Source: an uncultured Eubacteriales bacterium (GTDB taxonomy: Bacteria; Bacillota; Clostridia; Oscillospirales; CAG-272). Taken from it: a stretch of 64,000 nucleotides of DNA. Below are positions 51,851 to 62,060 of this stretch, piece by piece (within the stretch, counting starts at the first letter, position 1; the number at the start of each line of letters is the position of its first letter). Under the pieces are notes generated by a model. It had not been told where the DNA came from. It did not search any database and saw nothing but the letters and a program-made list of their open reading frames with translations. Location of the stretch: assembly GCA_949299535.1 (NCBI GenBank), contig CASGAQ010000005.1, positions 20,424-84,423 on the forward strand, given 5' to 3'. The position numbers and the translations under genes are program-made.

Positions 51851-52273
51851 CTAAGAGCCGCTTATTTTTGAGGAAAGAAGAACTACCGTCTGCGCGCATT
51901 TTTTCACAAGTTCGGAAAGCGGAACGTCCTCTGTTCCGACTACGACAGTTCCGCACTTGTTAAATGGTATCAGTACTTTTTTCGCCTTGCTTTTAGCTAC
52001 GGCAAAAGATATCCTCGCGCTTATCTCGCCCATAAGAGAATCGGCTATAACTATCCCGATAGGACCTGCTATTATGTCCGCGTCCGACGCCTGAACACAT
52101 ACCGCGTTTTCGCCGGTCGCGCCTGACTGAGCACCGCCTTTGAGCATATTTGAGGTTGCCGCACTGTTAGTACCGACGCATACGATCTCAGCACTCGGCT
52201 CAAGTTTAAGTATCTCCTCTATAACGGAGCGGCCAAGCTTTCCGCCCTGCCCGTCTATCACAAGTATTTTCAT
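51851..52273 (-). CDS. DUF3842 family protein
   Basis: VIDGQGGKLG, GTNSAAT..MLK.GA..GATGENA. Confidence 0.88.
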   Translation of the reverse strand: MKILVIDGQGGKLGRSVIEEILKLEPSAEIVCVGTNSAATSNMLKGGAQSGATGENAVCVQASDADIIAGPIGIVIADSLMGEISARISFAVAKSKAKKVLIPFNKCGTVVVGTEDVPLSELVKKCAQTVVLLSSKISGS

Positions 52274-52441
52274 AAACCCACCTTTTTAAACTTCTGTCTG
52301 AAGACAATATTACCATGATTTAAAAGTTTTTTCAACACCTATCTTAAAATGATACCTCCGAAATGTTGACAAGCCGAAGTTTTTACAATACAATAATATC
52401 TAAACAATATCAGAAAAAATAATCGTGCGGAGAAAAGACAA

Positions 52442-53668
52442 ATGAGCGCAGAAAGAAAATTTCCTAAAATAACCGTCACAAAAAAAGCGGAATATTCGAT
52501 AAAAAAGGGGCACCCGTGGATATATGACGCGGAAGTGACTGCCTCTCAGCATATTGAAAACGGCTCGCTCTGCGATGTTTACTCATCAAAGGATTCATAT
52601 CTCGGCACAGGCTTCTGGAGCGAAAAAAGCAAGATAAGAGTCCGCCTGCTCTCTTCAAACGCCAATGAAAAATTCGAGCGGTCTTTCTTCGAACGCAGAA
52701 TAAAATACGCTTTGAACTACCGCCGTGCGGTAATGGGCGGTGACTTGTCTTCATGCCGAATAGTATTCGGAGAAGCGGACGGGCTTCCGGGACTCACCGT
52801 GGACAAGTTTTCGGATATTCTTGTCGTCCAGGTCCTCTCCTATGGTATGGATAAGATAAAATCGACGATATTCGACATTCTTTTCGAAGCGTTCGACGCG
52901 ATAGGTGAAAAAATATCCGGCATATACGAGCGTGAAGACGTCGCAATACGCGAACTTGAAGGACTTCCGCTTTTCAAGGGCTGGTACGAAAAAGAAGGCC
53001 GACCACATCCCGAAAGCACCGTAACACAGATATGCGAAAACGGAGTAAAGTACACCGTTGACGTTGAAAACGGACAAAAAACCGGATTTTTCCTTGACCA
53101 GAAATTCAATCGTCTTGCCGTTTCAAAGCTTGCAAAAGACAGATGTGTTCTTGACTGCTTTACTCATACAGGCTCTTTTGCCATGAATGCGGTAATGGGC
53201 GGCGCAAAACGCGTAACAGCAGTCGATGTTTCGCAGTCCGCCGTAGATATGGCGCGCGCTAACGCAAGACTCAACGGTATAGAGGATAAAATGGACTTTA
53301 TCTGCACTGATGTTTTCGACCTGCTCCCCTCTTTGGAAAAAGAAAAAAACTCGCCGTATGATTTTATAATACTCGATCCTCCCGCATTTACAAAGAGCCG
53401 CAAAACAGCAAACTCTGCATACCGCGGATATAAAGAGATAAACTACCGCGCGATGAAACTTCTTCCACGAGGCGGATTTTTGGCTACATGCTCTTGCTCT
53501 CACTTTATGCCGAGCGAAGATTTTGTAAAAATGCTCAAGGAAGCCGCGCTCGACGCAAAAGTCGAACTGAAGCAGATAGAGGCAAGAACGCAGGGCCCCG
53601 ACCATCCCATTCTTTTGCATGTACCCGAAACGGATTATCTCAAATTCTATCTTTTCCAAGTCGTATAA
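52442..53668 (+). CDS. RlmI/YwbD-like class I SAM-dependent rRNA methyltransferase
   Basis: GHPWIY PUA domain, GQKTGFFLDQ, LDPPAF, CSCS, YLK. Confidence 0.93.
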   Translation: MSAERKFPKITVTKKAEYSIKKGHPWIYDAEVTASQHIENGSLCDVYSSKDSYLGTGFWSEKSKIRVRLLSSNANEKFERSFFERRIKYALNYRRAVMGGDLSSCRIVFGEADGLPGLTVDKFSDILVVQVLSYGMDKIKSTIFDILFEAFDAIGEKISGIYEREDVAIRELEGLPLFKGWYEKEGRPHPESTVTQICENGVKYTVDVENGQKTGFFLDQKFNRLAVSKLAKDRCVLDCFTHTGSFAMNAVMGGAKRVTAVDVSQSAVDMARANARLNGIEDKMDFICTDVFDLLPSLEKEKNSPYDFIILDPPAFTKSRKTANSAYRGYKEINYRAMKLLPRGGFLATCSCSHFMPSEDFVKMLKEAALDAKVELKQIEARTQGPDHPILLHVPETDYLKFYLFQVV

Positions 53669-53681
53669 ATTATTGCACATG

Positions 53682-53722
53682 AAAAAACGGACTTCTTAAA
53701 TTTAATAAGAGTCCGTTTTTTT
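53682..53722. terminator. Bidirectional terminator
   Basis: AAAAAACGGACT/AGTCCGTTTTTT. Confidence 0.8.
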
Positions 53723-53740
53723 GCGCCGATTTTATGATAT

Positions 53741-54847
53741 TCAAATTTCCGTGTATCCTTTTTCTATTATATCGGCAATACGAATACACGCTTTTCCGTC
53801 ACCGTAAGGATTTGCAGCGTGCGCCATGGCGGAGTATACACTTCCGTTGTCTAAAATATTTGAAAGTCCTCGGCGAACACTTTCAAAAGTATTTCCAACA
53901 AGAGTAGCCGTACCTGAGTTCACCGCTTCGGGCCGCTCGGTAGTGTTCCGCATTACAAGCACGGGAACGCCGAATGCAGGAGCCTCCTCTTGTATGCCGC
54001 CGCTGTCGGTAAGCGCGATATAAGAACGAGCCAGAATATTGTGAAATTCAAAAACATCGAGCGGTTCTGAAAGTTTCACCTGCTCAAAGCCTCCGAAAAC
54101 CTCATGGGCGGCTTTTTTTACAGCCGGATTCGGGTGAACGGGATAAATCGCGCAAATATCGGGATGCGAAGAAAGAACCTCTTTTATCGCTGCAAACATT
54201 TCGCGCATCGGCGCGCCGAGATTTTCTCTGCGGTGCGCCGTTAAAAGTATCATCTTTCTGCCGCCTGCAAAATCGAGTGCAGGGTGAGAAAAACTCTCTT
54301 TAACAGTAGTCTTGAGCGCGTCTATCACTGTGTTGCCGGTGATGAAAACTCCCGCTTCCTGTCTTCCCTCAGAAACGAGGCGGCGCGCGGAAAGCTCGGT
54401 CGGAGCAAAATGATATAAGGAAAGCGAATCCACGGCTGTTCTGTTGAACTCCTCGGGATAAGGCGAGGATATATCATATGTGCGAAGCCCTGCCTCAACA
54501 TGACCGACAGGCACTCCCATATAAAACGCTGAAAGAGCCGCCGCAAACGCCGTCGTTGTATCTCCGTGAACGAGAACAAGGTCATATTTCTCTTTTTCAA
54601 GAATCGAACGCATACCGCGCATTACTTTTTCCGTGATATCAAACAGCGTCTGACCTTCCGTCATAACGGAAAGGTCAGCGTCAGGCTCGATACCGAAAAA
54701 AGAAAGTACGGGAGAGAGCATCTCTCTGTGCTGTCCCGTAACACAAACTTTCACGCGAACGGAAGGACGCTTCATAAGCTCCAACGCAAGCGGACACATT
54801 TTAACGGCTTCCGGGCGCGTGCCGAAAACAAGCATTATATTCTTCAA
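53741..54847 (-). CDS. wecB: UDP-N-acetylglucosamine 2-epimerase (non-hydrolysing)
   Basis: FGTRPEA, GQHREM, HVEAGLRT, DSGGIQEEAP; probable TTG start. Confidence 0.96.
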   Translation of the reverse strand: MKNIMLVFGTRPEAVKMCPLALELMKRPSVRVKVCVTGQHREMLSPVLSFFGIEPDADLSVMTEGQTLFDITEKVMRGMRSILEKEKYDLVLVHGDTTTAFAAALSAFYMGVPVGHVEAGLRTYDISSPYPEEFNRTAVDSLSLYHFAPTELSARRLVSEGRQEAGVFITGNTVIDALKTTVKESFSHPALDFAGGRKMILLTAHRRENLGAPMREMFAAIKEVLSSHPDICAIYPVHPNPAVKKAAHEVFGGFEQVKLSEPLDVFEFHNILARSYIALTDSGGIQEEAPAFGVPVLVMRNTTERPEAVNSGTATLVGNTFESVRRGLSNILDNGSVYSAMAHAANPYGDGKACIRIADIIEKGYTEI

Positions 54848-55090
54848 TTCACAAATCCTTTCCGCATTATTTTTTCGTGTTCTCCAATAAATCAAACCTA
54901 CTTTAGTATTATATTCCTTCTGCAAAGATAAAGCAACAAATACTTTATTTTTGCAAGATATTTCAGAGCCGGTTTTATTTATTTTTTTTGTTTTGTATTA
55001 TTTTATTCTGAAAACTGCAAATAATCTTAAATATATTCATGCTGCAAACATTGAACGAGCTGCACCGAATGTTTGATATATGTTTGGGTA

Positions 55091-55119
55091 TTGACACTTT
55101 TTCGCAAAAAATATATAAT
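55091..55119 (+). promoter_or_regulatory. SigA promoter of rnf operon
   Basis: TTGACA-17-TATAAT. Confidence 0.85.
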
Positions 55120-55227
55120 ATTCAAATATAGTGTAAATAAATATAGTGTAAAAAATCGCTATCACCGACACTTTTTATGCATTCACACATAAACAACAAA
55201 TAAGGCAACGAATCAAGAGGTGAAAAT

Positions 55228-56553
55228 ATGTCTTTTTATCTTAGCGGAGTTCATATTCCGCACAAAAAGAATACTGCCGAAATGGCGCCCGTAAGAATGA
55301 ACATACCGAAAACAGTAGTTCTTCTTACATCAATGCATATCGGCAAACCGGCTTTACCCGTTGTAAAAGCCGGAGATCACGTCGATGTCGGCACGCTTGT
55401 AGCGGAACAGAACGGAGTCGTATCTTCTCCCGTATATTCCGGCGTTTCCGGAACCGTAAAAAAAATCGAGGACGCACTGTTGGCAGGCGGAACATTCGCT
55501 CCCGCCGTCGTCATAGAGACAGACGGACTTCAGACAAAAGACCTGAATATCTTGCCGCCTCAGATAAACGGATATGAAGATTTTATCACGGCAGTCAAAA
55601 AAAGCGGTATCGTCGGACTCGGCGGAGCGGGTTTCCCCACTTATGTAAAACTCGACGTAAAGGACACTTCCAAAATACAGGAGCTTATCATCAACTGCGC
55701 GGAATGTGAGCCTTATATAACGAGCGACACACGCACCATGCTCGACAAAACGGAAGAAATCGAATACGCGATATCGCTTTTCGAGAAATATCTGGGAATA
55801 AAAAAGACTGTTATCGGAGTGGAGTCGCATAACAAGAAGGCTATTGAAAAAATGAAACAAATAGCCGCAAAAAATCCCAACGCAGAAGTAAAGATACTCC
55901 CTTCAGTATATCCTCAGGGCGGAGAAAAAGTTCTTATATACCATACAGTAAAAAAGGTAGTTCCCGCAGGAAAGCTTCCCATAGACGTAGGCTGTATCGT
56001 ATGCAACTGTACTACCATGGCGGCTATCGCGGAATTTATAAGGACAGGTATGCCGCTCGTTGAAAAATGTATAACAGTAGACGGAAGCGCCGTAAAAGAG
56101 CCTAAAAATGTCATCGTTCCGATAGGCGCAAAACTTGCCGACGTCTTTGAGTTTTGCGGCGGCTTCAAATCAGAACCGAAAAAAGTTCTGTACGGCGGAC
56201 CCATGATGGGAATATCAGTACCCGGACTTGAAGTTCCCGTACTCAAAAATACGAACGCGCTCATAGCGCTTAACGAAAAAGACGCAAAACGCCCGCACTC
56301 AACGCAGTGTATCCATTGCGGAATGTGCGTTTCGCACTGTCCCGTAAAACTCTCTCCCATGGGTATTGCAAAAGCTTATAAAAACGGCAACGCCGAAGCT
56401 TTGCAAAAGCTACGTGTCGATATTTGCATGGAGTGCGGCTGCTGTTCGTATATCTGCCCTGCAAAACGCCCCCTTGTGGAAACAAATAAAATGGCAAAAA
56501 CTATGTTGCGCGAATATCAGAACGCGCAAAAAGAAAAGGATGGCAAAAAATGA
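55228..56553 (+). CDS. rnfC: Rnf complex subunit C
   Basis: GIVGLGGAGFPT, AECEPY, YPQGGEK, GGPMMG, two 4Fe-4S motifs. Confidence 0.97.
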   Translation: MSFYLSGVHIPHKKNTAEMAPVRMNIPKTVVLLTSMHIGKPALPVVKAGDHVDVGTLVAEQNGVVSSPVYSGVSGTVKKIEDALLAGGTFAPAVVIETDGLQTKDLNILPPQINGYEDFITAVKKSGIVGLGGAGFPTYVKLDVKDTSKIQELIINCAECEPYITSDTRTMLDKTEEIEYAISLFEKYLGIKKTVIGVESHNKKAIEKMKQIAAKNPNAEVKILPSVYPQGGEKVLIYHTVKKVVPAGKLPIDVGCIVCNCTTMAAIAEFIRTGMPLVEKCITVDGSAVKEPKNVIVPIGAKLADVFEFCGGFKSEPKKVLYGGPMMGISVPGLEVPVLKNTNALIALNEKDAKRPHSTQCIHCGMCVSHCPVKLSPMGIAKAYKNGNAEALQKLRVDICMECGCCSYICPAKRPLVETNKMAKTMLREYQNAQKEKDGKK

Positions 56554-57473
56554 ACGGCTTGAATATATCTGTTTCGCCTCATATCCACAGTCCGCGCACG
56601 ACAACAAAAATAATGCTCGACGTAATAATAGCGCTTCTGCCTGCGACAGTCGCCGGAGTGATAATATTCGGTCTGCGTGCGCTTGCAGTCATAGCGGTAT
56701 GCATAGCTTCTGCGGTTATAGCTGAATTTCTGTTTAATAAGATCTGCAAAAAAGAGCTTACCGTAACGGATCTGAGCGCAGTTGTAACGGGACTTTTGCT
56801 TGCGCTTAATCTTCCGGCAAACATTCCTCTCTGGCAGGCGGCGATAGGTTCTGTTTTCTCCATAATCGTCGTGAAATGTCTTTTCGGAGGAATCGGACAA
56901 AACTTTGCAAACCCTGCTATCACAGGCAGAATATTCATGCTTGTTACTTTCGGCTCAATGACAAGCGCGGCGTTCCCGACAATAGTTGACACCGTTTCGG
57001 GCGCTACACCTCTTTCCGTTCTCGGTGAAGGCGGCAAAGCCGATACTCTGGACCTTCTGCTCGGTCTGCGCGGCGGAGCTATCGGAGAAACCTGCACGAT
57101 AGCACTCATCATCGGCGGTATATACCTTGTCGCGCGCAGAGTTATCGTTCCTCACACGCCGATAGCGTTTATCGCAACGGTATTCGTTCTTTCACTCGCC
57201 GTCACACACGACGCAAAGCTGGCGCTTCAGTATACGCTTTCCGGCGGACTTTTCCTCGGTGCAATATTCATGGCGACAGACTATGCCACGACTCCCGTCA
57301 CAAAATGGGGCAAGGTCATATTCGGCGTCGGCGCGGGACTTATCACGATCCTTATAAGATTCTGGGGAGCTTATCCCGAAGGAGTTTCGTTTGCAATACT
57401 CCTTATGAACATTCTCACGCCGTATATTGACAAGCTCACCGCGGCCAAGCCATTCGGAGGTGCAAAAGCATGA
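56550..57473 (+). CDS. rnfD: Rnf complex subunit D
   Basis: SPH, FGGIGQNFANPA, SGATPL, FMATD, YPEG. Confidence 0.97.
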   Translation: MNGLNISVSPHIHSPRTTTKIMLDVIIALLPATVAGVIIFGLRALAVIAVCIASAVIAEFLFNKICKKELTVTDLSAVVTGLLLALNLPANIPLWQAAIGSVFSIIVVKCLFGGIGQNFANPAITGRIFMLVTFGSMTSAAFPTIVDTVSGATPLSVLGEGGKADTLDLLLGLRGGAIGETCTIALIIGGIYLVARRVIVPHTPIAFIATVFVLSLAVTHDAKLALQYTLSGGLFLGAIFMATDYATTPVTKWGKVIFGVGAGLITILIRFWGAYPEGVSFAILLMNILTPYIDKLTAAKPFGGAKA

Positions 57474-58633
57474 AAAAATCAATTCAAAGCATTGCAGTCC
57501 TTACGGTAATCTGCGTTGTAACAGCCGTGCTCCTTGCTCTGGTAAACGGTATTACTGCCCCTATCATAGCAAAAGCAGAAGCCGAAAAAGCAAACGAAGC
57601 TCTTCTTGTCGTCATGCCTGACGGAGAAGGATTCGAAGAAATATCCGCAGACGAATATGAGCTTCCCTCAAGCATAACGAACATATACCGCGAGAAAAAC
57701 GGCGGCTATGTATTCAAGATGGCTACTACCGGTTATTCTTCCGGTCTTGCGATAATGTGCGGCATTGACAAGGACGGCAAGATAACAGGCGCCGTATGTC
57801 TTTCAAGCGGAGAAACACTCGGATACGAAAAAACGTACGGCGACAGTTTCATAGGTCTTGATTCCGAATCTGCGGACAGCGTAGATATCATATCGGGAGC
57901 GACCAAAACTACCGCCGCATATAAGAATGCGGTAAAAGATGCGCTTGCCTCGTTTATAATCGTAAACGGAGGAAGCGTCGATATAAGAACGAAAGAAGAG
58001 ATACTTCAGGACAACCTTTCCGCCGTTCTTCCCGCCGGCAAAGAATTTACAAAAGAATTTATCACGGAATCTCTCGGCGATGTAACAGCCATATATATGT
58101 CAGGCAACGGCGAAGGCTATGTTGTCGCCATAGGCGAGCTGTTTATCGGAATAGACAAAAACGGCAACGCCGTAAGCGAAGCCGACGAAAGCGCAAAAGA
58201 AAAAGCGATTGCCGCTTATAACATTCACGTAAATTCCACGCTTGAGGAGATAGAACTTTCAGGATACGAAGGTATCTCGTCAAAAATACTGAAAGCATAC
58301 AAGACTTCGGGCGGAAATTTTGTTTTCGATATAAAAGCGTCCGGATACGGTATGAGCGGCGAGTGGGCAGCTTCCGGCAAACCTATCAAAATAAAAGTCA
58401 GCGCCTCTGACGAAGGCAAGATAATCTCTTGCATAACCGTATCTCAAAGTGAGACCGAAGGTATAGGTTCCGTTTGTGCAGAGCCTTCATACTATGAGCA
58501 GTACAACGGAAAGACAGAAGCCTCCTTGGGCGAGGTCGACGCCATAAGCGGCGCCACATACACGCACAAAGGTTACAGTTCCGCCGTTTCCGAAGTATTC
58601 AAAACAATAAATATTCTGAAAGGAGCCGAATAA
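57470..58633 (+). CDS. rnfG: Rnf subunit G-like, two tandem FMN-binding domains
   Basis: N-terminal TM; two ET.G motifs and two D.ISGAT flavinylation motifs; 387 aa. Confidence 0.9.
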   Translation: MKKSIQSIAVLTVICVVTAVLLALVNGITAPIIAKAEAEKANEALLVVMPDGEGFEEISADEYELPSSITNIYREKNGGYVFKMATTGYSSGLAIMCGIDKDGKITGAVCLSSGETLGYEKTYGDSFIGLDSESADSVDIISGATKTTAAYKNAVKDALASFIIVNGGSVDIRTKEEILQDNLSAVLPAGKEFTKEFITESLGDVTAIYMSGNGEGYVVAIGELFIGIDKNGNAVSEADESAKEKAIAAYNIHVNSTLEEIELSGYEGISSKILKAYKTSGGNFVFDIKASGYGMSGEWAASGKPIKIKVSASDEGKIISCITVSQSETEGIGSVCAEPSYYEQYNGKTEASLGEVDAISGATYTHKGYSSAVSEVFKTINILKGAE

Positions 58634-58635
58634 AA

Positions 58636-59370
58636 ATGAGCAAAAACAGCAAACTTTCGATCCTTTTAAAAGGTCTGCTCCTTGAAAATCCCGTTTTCGT
58701 GCTTGTACTCGGCACTTGTCCGACACTTGCCACGACGACAAGCGTAATAGGCGCACTCAGCATGGGACTTGCCGCAACGGCGGTACTCATCGCCTCAAAC
58801 GCCGCCATATCTCTTTTGAGAAAAGTTATTCCGGATAAAGTAAGGATACCTTGCTATATAGTAATAATCGCAGGTTTCGTGACTCTGGTGCAAATGCTTA
58901 TGCACGCATATCTGCCCGAACTTTACGAACTGCTTGGTATTTACCTTGCGCTCATCACCGTAAACTGCATAATTCTCGGCAGAGCGGAAATGTTCGCAAG
59001 CAAGAACCGCATAGGTGAATCCGTTCTCGACGGAATCGGAATGGGACTCGGCTTTACTCTTGCACTCGTACTCATGGCGACGATACGCGAAGTTTTCGGA
59101 AGCGGTTCTTTTGCCGGAATCGAAATTCCGTTCCTTCAAAATTATAAAGTTGAATTTCTCGTAAAATCTCCGGGCGGTTTCCTCGTATTCGGTATTCTCA
59201 TAGCCGTTGTCAACGCGATAACAAAAGGCAAAGTGATAAAGAAAAAAGATTTCGGCTGCGAAGGCTGTCCTTCAGCAGGAGTATGCCACTCCAAAGAATG
59301 CGGTGCCGCAGACGAAAATCTCACGACAAAAGTCGGAAATACGGAAAACGCCGTAAAGGAGGAAAAGTGA
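58636..59370 (+). CDS. rnfE: Rnf complex subunit E
   Basis: NPVF..LGTCPTLA, LITVNCIILGRAE. Confidence 0.96.
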   Translation: MSKNSKLSILLKGLLLENPVFVLVLGTCPTLATTTSVIGALSMGLAATAVLIASNAAISLLRKVIPDKVRIPCYIVIIAGFVTLVQMLMHAYLPELYELLGIYLALITVNCIILGRAEMFASKNRIGESVLDGIGMGLGFTLALVLMATIREVFGSGSFAGIEIPFLQNYKVEFLVKSPGGFLVFGILIAVVNAITKGKVIKKKDFGCEGCPSAGVCHSKECGAADENLTTKVGNTENAVKEEK

Positions 59371-59371
59371 T

Positions 59372-59971
59372 ATGGATACTTTCAGAAATTTAATAATCAT
59401 TCTCATGTCCTCCGTTTTGGTAAACAACTATGTTCTCAGCCGTTTCTTGGGCATTTGTCCTTTTTTGGGAGTTTCCAAAAAGCTCGACCAAGCCGCAGGC
59501 ATGGGCCTATCGGTAATATTCGTCATGCTCGTGGCAACGGCGGCGACATGGCCCATACAACATTTCATACTTGACAGATTCGGACTTGGATATATGCAGA
59601 CGATAGTATTTATCCTTGTTATCGCAGCGCTGGTCCAGTTTATAGAGATAGTACTGAAAAAATATATTCCGGCGCTCCATAAAAGCCTTGGCGTATATCT
59701 GCCGCTTATCACGACGAACTGCGCCGTCCTCGGCGTCACGATAAACAATATAACGGACGGTTACGGTTTTCTTGAATCAATGGTAAGCTCTCTGGGCTGT
59801 GGACTCGGTTTTCTGCTTGCTATGGTCCTCTTTTCCGGCGTTCGTTCCAGAATAGAGAGCTGTGACGCGCCCGAATGTTTCAAGGGACTGCCCGTAACGC
59901 TCATCGCCGCCTCCATCGTTTCCCTTGCCTTCTTCGGATTTGCGGGTATCGTGGACAATCTCTTTGCGTAA
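59372..59971 (+). CDS. rnfA: Rnf complex subunit A
   Basis: NNYVL..FLGICPFLGVS, LPLITTNCAVLG. Confidence 0.97.
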   Translation: MDTFRNLIIILMSSVLVNNYVLSRFLGICPFLGVSKKLDQAAGMGLSVIFVMLVATAATWPIQHFILDRFGLGYMQTIVFILVIAALVQFIEIVLKKYIPALHKSLGVYLPLITTNCAVLGVTINNITDGYGFLESMVSSLGCGLGFLLAMVLFSGVRSRIESCDAPECFKGLPVTLIAASIVSLAFFGFAGIVDNLFA

Positions 59972-59986
59972 CAGGAGGAATGTGAT

Positions 59987-60787
59987 ATGTTGACAGATAT
60001 TCTAATAGCCGTGGCGATAGTCGCCGCGGTAGGACTTATATGCGGCATAGTGCTGTCGCTTGCCTCGCACTTCATGAGCGTTAAAACCGACGAAAGGATA
60101 TCCGATATACGCGAATGTCTTCCCGGCGCCAACTGCGGCGCTTGCGGATATACGGGCTGCGACGGATATGCAAAAGCTCTCGTCGAAGAGGGAGCCAAAA
60201 CAAATCTCTGCGTTCCCGGCGCCGCGGCGGTAGCCGAAAAAGTTTCCGCCATACTCGGCGTAGAAGCAGAAGCCTGCGAAAGCCGTATAGCGTTTATTCA
60301 CTGTAACGGCATTCCCGATGCAGCAAAGGATAAAGCCGTTTACGAAGGCATAAAGAGCTGTAAAGCTCAGTGTCTTATCTACGGCGGAGCTAAAGCTTGT
60401 TCATACGGCTGCGTAGGATGCGGCGACTGTGCTTCCGTTTGTCCCAAAGGCGCTATATGCGTGGAATACGGAGTTGCCAGAGTAAACAAAAATCTTTGTA
60501 TCGGCTGCGGTCTTTGCGTAAAGACGTGTCCCAAAGGTATAATCTCGCTTATTCCCTTTAAAGCTAAAGTAGCCGTAATGTGCAGCAGCAAAGAAAAAGG
60601 TGCGGAAGTCCGCAAAAAATGTACGAACGGCTGTATCGGTTGTAAAAAATGCGAATCCGTCTGCCCTAAAGACGCCATACACGTCAAAGACAATCTGGCG
60701 GAAATAGATTATGAAAAATGCGTCGGCTGCGGTCTTTGCGCTAAAAACTGCCCCGTTCAGTGCATAATCAAATTTCCAAAATCATAA
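59987..60787 (+). CDS. rnfB: Rnf complex subunit B
   Basis: LPGANCGACGY.GC, multiple 4Fe-4S ferredoxin motifs. Confidence 0.96.
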   Translation: MLTDILIAVAIVAAVGLICGIVLSLASHFMSVKTDERISDIRECLPGANCGACGYTGCDGYAKALVEEGAKTNLCVPGAAAVAEKVSAILGVEAEACESRIAFIHCNGIPDAAKDKAVYEGIKSCKAQCLIYGGAKACSYGCVGCGDCASVCPKGAICVEYGVARVNKNLCIGCGLCVKTCPKGIISLIPFKAKVAVMCSSKEKGAEVRKKCTNGCIGCKKCESVCPKDAIHVKDNLAEIDYEKCVGCGLCAKNCPVQCIIKFPKS

Positions 60788-60867
60788 GCAAAACAAATTA
60801 AGGATATAAAAACGGCATAAAACCATAATAAGGCGGCTTCGGTCGCCTTATTCGTTAAAGGAGAAAT

Positions 60868-61242
60868 ATGCAAAAGAAAAAGATTCGAAACGATATAATA
60901 CTTGCCGCGGTACTGTTGTGCGCCGCGGCGGTGATTCTTGCGATTTTCTTCTTCACACGTTCGGAGGGCGGTTACGCGGTCGTGTTGATAGACGGGGAGG
61001 AAACGGCAAGATATCCGCTGTCAAAAGATATAGAAGTGACTATCTCTGCAGGCGAGCAAAACTATAACATTCTCAAAATAGAAAAAGGCTGTGCGGATAT
61101 CATAGAGGCTTCATGCCCGGACGGAGTCTGCGTAGAACATAGGGCTATAAAATATGAAGGCGAAACGATAGTTTGTCTGCCGAACAAGGTAGTGATAAGA
61201 ATAGACGGCGAGTGCCGGAACGGAGGTCACGTCATATCGTGA
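60868..61242 (+). CDS. NusG domain II-containing (DUF1312, EetA-like) membrane-anchored protein
   Basis: TM; ASCPDGVC and IVCLPNKV motifs. Confidence 0.88.
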   Translation: MQKKKIRNDIILAAVLLCAAAVILAIFFFTRSEGGYAVVLIDGEETARYPLSKDIEVTISAGEQNYNILKIEKGCADIIEASCPDGVCVEHRAIKYEGETIVCLPNKVVIRIDGECRNGGHVIS

Positions 61243-61247
61243 ACCAT

Positions 61248-61739
61248 ATGAAAACAAAAAAGCTGACTTTTCTTGCGCTGTGTTCATGTCTGGCGCTCAT
61301 ATTCTCTTATGTCGAGACGATGATACCCCCGATATACCCCGCCGTTCCCGGAATAAAAATGGGACTTGCGAATATCATGACGGTTTTCGTTCTTTTCAAA
61401 TACGGCGCTTCATGCGCTTGTATCGTATCGTTTGTGCGGATAACGCTTGCCGCTATGCTTTTCGGCAATCCGTGGTCGCTCGCTTATAGCGCCGCAGGAG
61501 CTGTGCTAAGTCTTGCGGTAATGATATTGCTGAAAAAGACAAATAAGTTCTCCTCTGTCGGAATAAGCATAGCAGGCGGCGTTTTTCACAACGCAGGACA
61601 GATACTTTTGGCAATGCTCGTGCTTGAGACGAAAGAGATAGGATTCTACATGGCGATACTCGCCGTGACAGGAATGGTATCAGGCGTGCTCATAGGACTT
61701 GCCGCCGCTTTTATGCTGAAGTTCCTAAAAAGAGTATAA
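61248..61739 (+). CDS. Gx transporter / heptaprenyl diphosphate synthase component I family (EetB-like)
   Basis: PGIKMGLAN, SIAGGVFHNAGQ; start may be GTG at 61239. Confidence 0.9.
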   Translation: MKTKKLTFLALCSCLALIFSYVETMIPPIYPAVPGIKMGLANIMTVFVLFKYGASCACIVSFVRITLAAMLFGNPWSLAYSAAGAVLSLAVMILLKKTNKFSSVGISIAGGVFHNAGQILLAMLVLETKEIGFYMAILAVTGMVSGVLIGLAAAFMLKFLKRV

Positions 61740-61767
61740 AAATCGCACGGTCAAAAACCGTGCGATT

Positions 61768-62006
61768 CAGGCTACTGACAAACCCGGTTAAAAACCTGTC
61801 TCAGCAAATTTTACAAATCCGACACTCGCTTTTTCTTTGATCATGCAGGCGCAAAGAAAAAGCTTGGCAAAAAGAAATCACCGGAAGGGAATTTCGCCGA
61901 CTGCGGTCGGCGACGAGGGTTACGCCCCCTCGACCGCGCCGCCTTTTGAAAAAGGCGGACGAAAACTTCCCGTCATTTTACCCCCACTACCTTTGTCGGC
62001 AAACTG
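61768..62006. mobile_element. 239-bp non-autonomous element (MITE) flanked by 27-bp palindromic direct repeats
   Basis: AATCGCACGGTCAAAAACCGTGCGATT at 61741-61767 and 62007-62033; imperfect terminal IR CAGGCTACTGACAAA / TTTGTCGGCAAACTG. Confidence 0.85.
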
Positions 62007-62060
62007 AATCGCACGGTCAAAAACCGTGCGATTTTTTCATGTCTATTCTTTTAATTGATA

